From the NCBI RefSeq assembly GCF_009914755.1, contig NC_060931.1: a stretch of DNA of 64,000 nucleotides. The stretch is one strand, 5' to 3'. Every line of letters starts with the position of its first letter. Positions within the stretch are counted from its first letter, which is position 1. The position numbers and the translations under genes were made by a program. This stretch comes from the human T2T-CHM13v2.0 reference genome, Homo sapiens. Shown one piece after another: positions 26,860 to 64,000 of the stretch. Below the pieces are notes generated by a model, which did no database searches, was not told where the DNA came from, and saw nothing but the letters and a program-made list of their open reading frames with translations.

Positions 26860-28110
26860 GCTCGCAGCCCACCGGGTGTGGGACCGGAAGGGAAGACAGG
26901 GCGGAGGAGAGGGGGTCTTCCGGCCCTGAGGCTTGATGGGGCCACTGGAGGGCTCCTCCTAAGAGGGTCCTTGGCCCTGGCTCGGTGGGGGGTCGCGGAA
27001 AGCGGAGAGGTCAGGGCCCTGCCGTTCGCCCATCCGGGCCTCGACTTCCCTCCTCCGGCCCCCAGGCTGCCGAGGGGCCACCGGGCAGGGGTGGGCAGGG
27101 CCTGGGGCCGGAGTCAGCGCGGACTGCTAGGTGGGGGCGCCGGCCGGGCGGGGGAGGGAGGGAAGGAGGGGCGCGCGTGTCTGCGCTTTTGGAGGAAACA
27201 GTCCCACCTCGTCCTTTGCCGTCCCCATTGCTGAGCATGACCGGGCCCTGACACCTGGTGCAGAAGGGTCCCTGGGCACAGCAGACCCCGGGGGGACCCG
27301 CCGCCAGAACCAGGGGATCTCGCTCCTCCCTCTTGGGGCAGCCATAAGCCTAGGAGCTCCTGACGCTGTCCGGGCCCCGCGGCTCCCCGCGCTCCCTAGG
27401 GGAGAGCCTTGGGGCGTATCCGGGGTCGCGCTCACCCTCCCGCGCCGCCCCCTGCACGGGCTAGGAGCTCCCGAGTGCTGGGAGGGCTTCCGGGCGGCGG
27501 CGAGCGGCGGGGGGCGGTGTCAGGAGGCCCGGCCAGGCCCCGCCCCCTCGTCCGCCCTCCCTCCCTCCCTGCGCACCCGGCTCGGGTCCCCGGGCTCGCG
27601 GCTGCGGCTTCTGCTCAGGGAGGCGGAAGGCGGCGGCGGGAGCGGTCATGGAGGCGGGCGCCGGAGCCGGCGCGGGAGCCGCGGGCTGGAGCTGCCCGGG
27701 CCCAGGTCAGAGCCGCCCCTCCGTCACCTGTCTACCGCCCCTCCTTTCTCTCCTCCATCCCTCCTCCTTCCAGACCCCCAGGTGCTCCCGGCCTCCGCGG
27801 CTCCCCTTTCTCCGCCCAAAGTCTTCCTCCCTCCATCCTGGCCTCCACCGGGGCCCGGTCTCCATCCTTCCGGCCTGGGACTGAGGCTTCCGCGCACCGG
27901 CCGCATCCTGCCTGGTGGTCCCTCCCCAGCGCGTCTCTCCACTTCAGTCCGACGGTGCTTCCAGCCTTCGGGACTGCAGACCCTACACCTCCTGCAGCCC
28001 CGGAGACTCCTGAGCGCGGGGCGAGGGTGGGGTGGGCAAGGTCCAGCGAGAGAATGGGAGGAGAGGGGAGGGGAGCGGTCGCAGCCCTACCCCTTCCCGC
28101 ACGCCCCCCA
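26860..28110. promoter_or_regulatory. CpG island / CCDC136 main promoter
   Basis: Very GC- and CpG-rich, with GC boxes and G-runs; contains the first coding exon. Confidence 0.9.
27648..27705 (+). CDS. CCDC136: CCDC136 exon 1 (upstream alternative first coding exon)
   Basis: ATG in good context; MEAGAGAGAGAAGWSCPGP G|gtcaga; phase 1, in frame with the exon at 28474. Confidence 0.8.
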
Positions 28111-28473
28111 CTCCTCCCTCCCTCCATCTGTAGGCCACCTCAGCCTTTCAGCCTCTTCTTCACTGGCTCCCGCCCTCTTTCAGTCTTGGCCCTCTCCTCC
28201 CTGTCCCCCCGGACTAAATACGCACACCCCCTCTTTCTTTCTGTGCAAGCAAGAGGGTCCTGGAACAGCGGGTTCTGAGGAGGCTGGGAGGCAGGGCTGA
28301 GAGGTGGCCGAGAGAGAGGAGTCGCAGAGCCGCCAGAGTGAGTCAGGCACCTCCACTGGGATTACAGATCCCAGAGCCTCGAGGAGCTGGAAGACATGTC
28401 CCCTTCTTTCCTCTGCACCCCAGCCCGCAGCCAGCCCCCCACCCCCCAGCCCCTCCTTTCTCCCTGCTCTCAG

Positions 28474-28565
28474 GACCCACAGTGACCACTCTAGGCTCCT
28501 ATGAGGCTTCCGAGGGCTGTGAGAGGAAGAAGGGCCAACGCTGGGGGTCCCTGGAACGACGGGGG

Positions 28566-28581
<16 letters not shown>
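28474..28581 (+). CDS. CCDC136: CCDC136 exon 2 (internal ATG at 28566, MQAME)
   Basis: cag|GACCC...GAGG|gtgagt; PTVTTLGSYEASEGCERKKGQRWGSLERRGMQAME. Confidence 0.85.
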
Positions 28582-54787
<26,206 letters not shown>

Positions 54788-56239
54788 TGCAGGTACTGGT
54801 ATTGCTTCCTCTCCTTCTGAGGGATAGAGGGAGGGTGCAGGTTGCCCTGGCCTCTCCTCTTTCCCTTTTCTCCCAGCTGCTTGCTTCTTGCTTGTGCCAT
54901 TTTATAATAGGTGATGCTCAGGTCTGAGTTTTAGTTCTGACTTTTCCTTGGGCTACTGCAAAGCCTCTGACATCTCTGAGCATGTCTTCGTAATGCATAG
55001 GAGGTTGGAATGCTTGCCAGAGACATGGTTTGTTTCAATCCTTGGCTGGGAAAAACTTGGATAAGCCCAGCTTGGTTGCTGCTGTCAAAGCTGCCTCACT
55101 ACTTCTTTATCCCCGCTCATCCTCTGTGTGATGGCTAGCCTGACCACTTCTGATGAGCTGATATTTGCAAGGCTGGCCTGGACTCTCTTTGTCTTGGTTT
55201 AACTCCGGAGCCAAGTTCTCACTACTGTTGCTACCCAAGATGGCAAAATAAGGAATCCCTCTTCTGTTGGGAGAGAGAGGAGCTCTGAAGAGCTCTGATC
55301 CTCATGATCCTCCCAGGGGCATTGGTAGGAGGGCAACCTAAGCTGGTCCATCAAGCTTGGTGAAATGGAACCGAACCCCTACTGTATTCTGCTCTTTCTA
55401 CTGAACAGTTCTCTGCTTCTGGACTTCCAGTCTCCGGAAAAGTCAGAACAGAATGCCGGGAAATTTTATTAGTTATCTATTTATCTATTTTGTGGGCCAG
55501 ATTCCATGGTAATTGGCTTCCCCAGCTAGGTTTTCTGGAGAGAATGAGGTATTAGTGAAAAGTTTCTACTAGCCAGAGATGTGTGTTCTCAGGAAATCAA
55601 GACTGATATATTCTGGCCACTTTCCTGTCAGCTCCCACACATGTAATGTACACTGTCAACAGGATACCAAATTCAGGAGGCAGAATGTGGTCTTACGGCC
55701 TAAGGTAGAAGCCTGGGGTTCCACCTGCCTTCTGGAACCCATAAGGTATTCTCTCTAGTCCTGCATTGGCTCCTCTCTCATGCTTTCCCTGCCTCCCCCT
55801 CCACTCCCCTCTCTTCTCACATTCCTGTGAACGGAATGTAGCTTAATGCACAGGGTGGCAACTGGAGGATTTGTTGGTGGCACTTCTCTCCATTTCCTTT
55901 TCTGTCCTTCCTCCTGCTCCCTCCCCAGCTTTCCTGTTACTCATCTTCAAGCCTCCACTTTTCTTCTTGACTTTAGGTATTCCCTTTACTCCCTGGTCCA
56001 CAACTGCTTTAGTGACGGGGCCCCTCTCTATGACTGTTTCTCCCCTGTCACCCCCCAGAAGTCTTAAGGCACTACGGGTGAAACCCAAAGAGTTCAGCCA
56101 CAGCCTTCCACTACCTCAGACCCAGCCCGGCCCAATCAGAGGGAGAGGAAGAACTGCTGGTGAAGGGTTCTCCTGGTGGGGCCTGTTATCCCCAGAGCTC
56201 CAGGAGGCCCCAACATGCACCTGTGCAGCCAGGACCTGA

Positions 56240-56640
56240 GGGAGCACAGTGTGGTAGAAAGCGTGGCTGCCAGGCGGTCAGAAGAACTTGGTTGAGTCTG
56301 TCTCTACTGACAGGCGTTGTCCCAGGGAGCAAAATGCACACTCTGAGCTCTAGTTTCTTCAAATGTAAGCAAAGGATGATCGAACCTCTGCCCTCCTCAC
56401 AGGTTTTTGTCAGGACCAGATGGGTTGAAGTAGATGAAAGTATTCTATAAATTATAAAATACCCCATCATTAATAAAAAGAGCACGCACTTACAAAATGC
56501 AGTCTTATGTGTCAGGCACTGTTCTAATCACTTACGTATATTAACTGATTTAATCCTTGCAACAACCCCATGAAGAAGCTACTCCTATTTTTTTTTATAT
56601 ATGATTAAACTAAGGCATAGAGAAGTTAAGTAAAACAGCC
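56240..56640. mobile_element. MIR fragments
   Basis: ctctgagctctagtttcttcaaatgtaa; atttaatccttgcaacaaccccatga. Confidence 0.55.
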
Positions 56641-57524
56641 AGGAAGCTGCGAGTCAGATTATAAGGACTCAATATTAGCAACAAATAAGATTCCAGTCTT
56701 GCTTCCCTTTATTGTCTCTCCTCATTTTGAGCAGTTTCTCTTCATTGGTCCCAAGTAGGAAGACACCATACTTGTGTTTAGGCAACCTCAGATCACATTA
56801 GCTCTTTAGGTAACTAATATATTATTTATTTATTTCATGTATTTTTTATAAGCCCCTCTGCAGATTGTGTATGCTAAGCGTCCTCTCCCCATTCTGTACC
56901 TGCATTTGATTTTGAGGCTTCAAAGGCAGAATTTTCCATTCTTCCCTATTATAGTTCATTGTTCTTACCTTATAAGGTTTTGTGTGTATGTGTTTTTAAT
57001 CTTGACCCTGTGGTTTTAAAATATTCACTTCCTCTGCCACCTTCACATCATCTACAGGGGTGGCAAGCCCTCCTTCCCTGTCTTCATCTACAGAGGACAG
57101 AGTGAGGACAGAGCCTCTAGAGTGTCGTCTCTTGGGGTTCTTTTATTCAGCTCATTGGTCACTTACCTGCCATTCAACAAACTGTACTGTCATCCTACCC
57201 TTATTTCTGCATATTATCTGCAAAGATCATAGAAAATTCTGTCAAACAACTCAACGTCCAAAAACATGATTCCGGTGATTTGTCACTTAGGTCACCTAGT
57301 TTAAAAGGAGAGTTTGACACGACTTCCCCTTTGGGACACCCACACCAGCCCTTTCCCCATCCCATGTAGAAGCTTGCCTTTGCCCAGTGTGAGGTGCACG
57401 GGTCACATTTAAGGATTTCAGCTCCTCCCTCCTTTAAGAACACCAGACTAACATTCTTAGCAATGCACATTAGGATAGAGGCATCTGAGCATATAAATAT
57501 TTTTTTCTAGCTAGCTCCCTTCTT

Positions 57525-57650
57525 AGTTTTTGTTTTTGGTTTTAGAGACAGGGTCTCGCTCTGTCACCGAGGCTAGAGTGCAGCGGCATGATCATGGCTC
57601 ACTGTAACTTTGAACTCCCGGTCTCAAGCGATCCTCCTCCCTCAGCCTCC
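57525..57650 (-). mobile_element. Partial Alu (right arm)
   Basis: Alu consensus. Confidence 0.8.
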
Positions 57651-58726
57651 GGATCTCTTGGTTTTCTTACATGAGTTACTCTGTATATCCACCTGTAACA
57701 TTGCTTGGCTTTCCATTTCATACCTTCTGTTGTTCTTAGTAGCTATTTCTATAAGCTCAGGAGATTTTCTTTGCTCTTTAGCAGGCTTAAAGTCCTCTTT
57801 TTAGATCAATTATCATCTGAGAAAATGTGTTCTTAGCATTAATGGGCTATATTCCATTTTTACTTGAAACCATCCTTCTGTTACCTATGCCATAGCTTAT
57901 GACTCAAAATCCAAATTCTACCTTTCAGTTAGTAGAGTAAAAAAGTAATAAAAATAAAACCTATTTCCCCAAGTATGTATTTTCTTGTCTAAGATTTTCA
58001 TATTACCTAATGGATGCTTTTTGGATATCTTCGATGGTGCCACTTGTCCCATGAATCAGCAGGGTTCCCTAGTGGCCGGCAGTGTCTGGAAGCCTCAGCA
58101 TACTCTAGCACATGCACCAGGAAGTCAGTCAACATACCTGGTGATTAGGAGTGTTCTAATGACCTAGGCCCAGTGACAGGTTTCCTTAAATTTCCTTGAA
58201 CCAATGTCATTCTCTGTCAAAGTTTGTCTGCCTAAGAACCTCCTACTTACCTGCACTCCGTGGTGCACTTTCTTCATTTCCCCTCAGCCTTATTCCCCCT
58301 TCCCCATCCTCTTGACTCTGAGTTCACTTCACTGCAGTGAAACTAATGAGGTGCTGCTGCTTTTCTCAAAGCCCCAGATTTCCCCTCCTCTTTCTTGCCA
58401 TGGCATCCAGTCCTTTCTCATTGCAACCACTTGGAAGTCTGGCCCCTGAGCCTGCTTCTTCACATGGGAGCTAGTATTCTCAGCCCATGGGGAGAAACGG
58501 AGGCCTGAATACAGGCGGTCACCTAAGGTGGTGCGTACAGTGTTGGGCCACATGTCTAGTGGTGCCAGGACTGAGAGATCACTTACCTCCACCGGTTACC
58601 CAGGAGGTAACAGAGACTGATCCACAATGTTCCTGAGGTGTCTTGGGCACCCATAGGCAGGTGACTTCTGGCTTAGGGCAGGGTTCAGGAGGCTGGGCAC
58701 TCACAGTTTCTCTTTGGTCCCCACAG

Positions 58727-58837
58727 AACATGTTTGGGTTGTGGAAGCCTATGGTATTCTTGGCTATTGCAGCTGTGGCTCTGTATGTGTTACCCAACAT
58801 GCGACAGCAGGAGTCAGAGTTCTGCCTCATGGAGTGA
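58727..58837 (+). CDS. CCDC136: CCDC136 last exon: tail anchor B (coding when exon 18 is skipped)
   Basis: ccacag|NMFGLWKPMVFLAIAAVALYVLPNMRQQESEFCLME*; phase 0. Confidence 0.85.
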   Translation, partial: NMFGLWKPMVFLAIAAVALYVLPNMRQQESEFCLME

Positions 58838-59036
58838 TGGCAGACCTTGGCCAGCGCGAGGGCAGATCCCCAGTGGCCACCACCCTCAGCTTTGGGCAGG
58901 ACACACTGTGCCAGAACCCTCCCCATATGTTCCATGTGTCCCCATCTCCTCAGCCTCAGTCACCCAGGCTGAAAAGGCTTGTGGGGAGCGGCTGACTTCC
59001 ATCTCCTGCCTTGTGTAAGAACCTGAGTTCCTTGTA

Positions 59037-59042
59037 ATTAAA
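59037..59042 (+). terminator. CCDC136 polyadenylation signal ATTAAA
   Basis: 200 nt after the last-exon stop codon. Confidence 0.7.
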
Positions 59043-59994
59043 TATCAACTGAATTACATGAGACTGTGGATTTTTATTTGCTAAATGCCTCACAACACAA
59101 CCAGAACAGAGCAGTCCCCCTTTAACCAAGTACCTCACATAAGGGTCTGACTCCTAAATGCGGCTTCTCACCTTGCAGATGGCCTCAGAAATGAGGCTAG
59201 CCCCTTGTGCTGTCGACTGACTCACAGAGGGGTTAGTCTGTGCTTATTAACCCCATCCTGAGGTGCTCTCCTGAGCATGGAGAAATGGAGTGACTGAGGG
59301 CTGGGGAGACCTCCCCTAAGGTTCTGTGCCCACACCTATCTACATGAGAAGGCCGCCCTAAGAAGATCCACGTGTGTGCCTTCGTGACTTAGCCTTTGTG
59401 ACTTCTCAAGGGATTCGCCCTCAGAGATGACTTTAATCAGCCAGGGTCCTGGCAGTAAACAGGTGGCACACTCAAAGCTTTACATGAAGAGAGTTTAATG
59501 AAGAGACTATGTACCAAAGGCAGAGTTAGGAGAAGCAACAAAAAATAGTGAAGTACCAGGCACTAGCAACAGTGTAAAGCTGTTAGCATCCCAGGCTGAA
59601 GCAGGAAGGAAAGGAAGCAAGAGCTGGAGCTCTGAAAATGGGCCCCAGGCAGGAGTGGCAGCCACATGGGGTGCAGCCCCCGCCAGAGCCGTGAGGAAGT
59701 GGGATATATATTCCCCTACCTTCTCCTCCCACCTGCCAGTATTCTACTGGTACCTTATCAGCTGAACTCAATGGGAAGACAAAGCGCAGAGGTGCCCAGG
59801 TGATGTAATCTTTCAAGCTCAGCCTCCTGGAGCTTAGAGCAGGACAGAGGCCTGAAGATGGATCTAATTGGGACAAGTAGAATGATGAGGATAGTTTATG
59901 TGTGTTCCTGTTTACCTTCATTCCTGTGGAACCTTTGTGATTGGAGTTTATCATCATGAATGTTTCCTTACGAAAGAAGACCCCAAGCGTATTC

Positions 59995-60317
59995 TTTTTA
60001 TTTCTTTCTTTTTTTCTTTTTCTTTTTTTTTTTTTGAGACAGGGTCTCACTCTGTCACCCAGGCTGGAGTGCAGTGGCACCATCTTGGCTCACTGCAACC
60101 TCCACCTCCTGAGCTCAAGTGCCTCCCACTTCAGCCTCCCAAGTAGCTGGGACCACAGGCATACACCACCATGCCCAGCTAATTTTTATATTTTCTGTAG
60201 AGACAGAGTTTCACCATTTTGCCCAGGCTGGTCTCAAATTCCTGGGCTCAAGCAATCCTCCTGCCTCAGCCTGCCCAAAGTGCTGGGATTACAGGCATGA
60301 GGCATATTGCCCAGCCC
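59995..60317 (-). mobile_element. Alu (AluJ)
   Basis: Alu consensus. Confidence 0.9.
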
Positions 60318-60711
60318 CAAGCATATTCTTAAACCATAGTGGAAACAATGACCCCATGACTCCTGGCTTTCTTTGGACCCCTCTTTCTTCCTCCCTCCCA
60401 CCCAAAAGGACTTTGTTCCATTCAATCAAACATCCAAAGAAACACATGTACAGAGTGTATACTGTGGTAGCACTGCCAAGCTAAATGAATTCTTTCCTTC
60501 TCTAGCTCTTACCTACAGGGAGTAGCAAGGACATTTAGAATTAGGATATTTTCAAGTTGTATTCAGCCCAGAGAAGTGACACGGCTGAATCAAAAGTCCA
60601 TTTTGGCAGACATGGGGCTAGTGCTGAAATTGTGACTAGCCTCCTAGAAACGTGACTGCAACTAGGCAAACTGAGGACAGTGCCATATGCCTCTTTTGCC
60701 TTTGTCTAAAT

Positions 60712-61045
60712 CAGCGGTCCCCAACCTTTTTGGCACCGGGGACCGGTTTCATGGAAGACAATTTTTCCACAGATGGAGAGGGGATGGGGATGGTTTCGGG
60801 ATGAAACTGTCCCACCTCAGAGCATCAGGCATTAGCTAGATTCTCGTAAGGAGTGTGCAACCTAGATCCCTCACATGCGCAGTTCACAATAGGGTTCCTG
60901 CTCCTTATGAGAATCTAATGCTGCCACTGATCTGACAAGAGGCAGAGCTCAGGTGGTAATGCTTGCCTAGCCACCACTCACCTAATGCTGTGTGGCCAAG
61001 TTCCTGACAGTATCGGTCCATGGCCTGGGGATTGTGCACCCCAGC
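60712..61045 (+). mobile_element. MER1B (hAT-Charlie)
   Basis: cagcggtccccaacctttttggcacc...ggaagacaatttttccac. Confidence 0.8.
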
Positions 61046-61084
61046 TCTAAGTGACTCCTCTTTGAAGACAGTTCTGACCTAGGC

Positions 61085-61262
61085 TGGTCTAGCTTCTTGC
61101 TAGTCCATGTGACCCACAGATCTGCAGCATCAGCATTGCCCGGGAGCTTATTTGAAAGGCAGATCTCAGGCCCCAACCCAGACCTACTGATGCAGAATCT
61201 GCATTTCCAACAAGATGCCCAGTTGATTCGTATGCACGGTAACATTTGAGAAGCACCACCCT
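61085..61262. mobile_element. MER5A
   Basis: gcagcatcagcatt...cagacctactga...aatctgcatttccaacaagat. Confidence 0.75.
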
Positions 61263-61442
61263 AGTCAATTATATTAGATTGTATGTTCTCAGTTGTAACC
61301 TAAAGAAATTATTTCACAACTGACCTGGTGCCACTGGCTGCTTGCTTTTCAGTATAGTGAGACTGCTATTTACCCACTTTACTGCCGCCACCAGTTGACT
61401 GAAGAACATGGGTATGGGTGGTGGAAAGGACTTATAGCCAAA

Positions 61443-62140
<698 letters not shown>

Positions 62141-62329
62141 GCAAAGATCACTGATTTAACCTGGAATTACAAGCCAGGATAGAGGTCAGGTTCTAGTAGG
62201 GTGGTCCCCAGCTAGGGGACCTGAACCTAGACCCTGCCTAATGACAGGAATGTGGGCCTGCTTTTCCCACTTTTTTGCTTAGACTACAAAACCCCTCCCT
62301 TTAGGACATGTCCTTCTCTGTTCATTTCA

Positions 62330-62632
<303 letters not shown>

Positions 62633-62805
62633 CTCCGTTCATTTTAGAATCCCATTCTCTTCATTTGGTTTGGACTGTCTCCTTGTCTTAATGATACACT
62701 GTTACCCAGGCGTATTAAAGAGGAATCTTTTTTTTTTTAAGAGGAATCTTTTTTGTTGAATGTGAAACATTCACTTGAGCTAGCTTAAAAAAAAGGCAGT
62801 AGGAT

Positions 62806-63377
<572 letters not shown>

Positions 63378-64000
63378 GACAGGAGGGATTGATCTTAAGT
63401 CTGGAGGGGTATGCCTTGGAAGCCACAGGCAGGCGTGCACTTGGGCCTAGGTGTGCTAGAACCAGGGACTCAAAGCACCTTCAGGAGCCTCCATCTCTCC
63501 CCGCTGCTGCCCTCTGCATAACTGCCTCCTTTCTGTGAGCTCCCTGCAGCCTAGCCCTGTCTGGTTTCCCTTCCCAGGCCAAGAGGTAGAGCAGCCACCC
63601 GCTGCCACTCCTGTCAAGGACCAGCTGCTTTTGGGGCAGGGTGGGTGGTTCTAAAGATGACAGGTACTGCCGGTTCTGATTGTGGCAGAGGGAATGTTGG
63701 GTTGCAGGGAAGGGGAGAGGGGAACAGCCTGGAGATCCAGGCAGTGGTCCCCACGGAGGTGTGGACACAGAGCTGCAGGGGAAGGCCTCTCTCACCAGAA
63801 CCCCTTAGTCTCCAAGATAATCAGAGGAAGCAAACTAATTGTTTTGGATCACCTATTAGATGCCAGGCACCATGCTAATCATCTTTCTTGTGATTTCCTT
63901 CCATTTTCACACATTAAAAAAAAAAAAAGACGAGAAAACAGGCCCAAAAGAGCTACATTACTTGCCCAAGGTTGCAGAGCTAGAAGTAGAGAGGCTGGAA

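Noticed and set aside
27131-28300. 389-aa and 289-aa ORFs in the CpG island
   Set aside because: Stop-codon depletion in very GC-rich DNA; low-complexity Pro/Arg/Gly peptides with non-ATG starts.

Overview
Human genomic DNA recognisable from its proteins as the CALU-OPN1SW-CCDC136 locus (chr7q32.1). On +: the last two coding exons and long 3'UTR of CALU (calumenin, ending HDEF). On -: the complete 5-exon blue-cone opsin OPN1SW (348 codons), convergent with CALU and probably overlapped by its 3'UTR. Then a tRNA-Pro(AGG) gene and the whole of CCDC136 (+), head-to-head with OPN1SW; exons spliced by hand give a 1154-aa ORF. About 35 Alus and L1, L2, MIR, LTR and DNA-transposon remnants fill the rest. 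Most notable: (1) CCDC136 looks like a modular SLMAP-like tail-anchored coiled coil, with two alternative C-terminal membrane anchors switched by one cassette exon, ten homologous phase-0 repeat exons, a cryptic 14-aa KSY tandem repeat, and an intronic CpG-island promoter with an in-frame mini first exon. (2) A clustered CRX/OTX2-site candidate enhancer lies between OPN1SW and CCDC136. (3) An 87-bp near-perfect inverted duplication lies upstream of OPN1SW. (4) The CALU/OPN1SW 3' overlap. Exon boundaries were read by eye from GT/AG and reading frame; repeat boundaries and subfamilies are approximate and from memory of consensus sequences.
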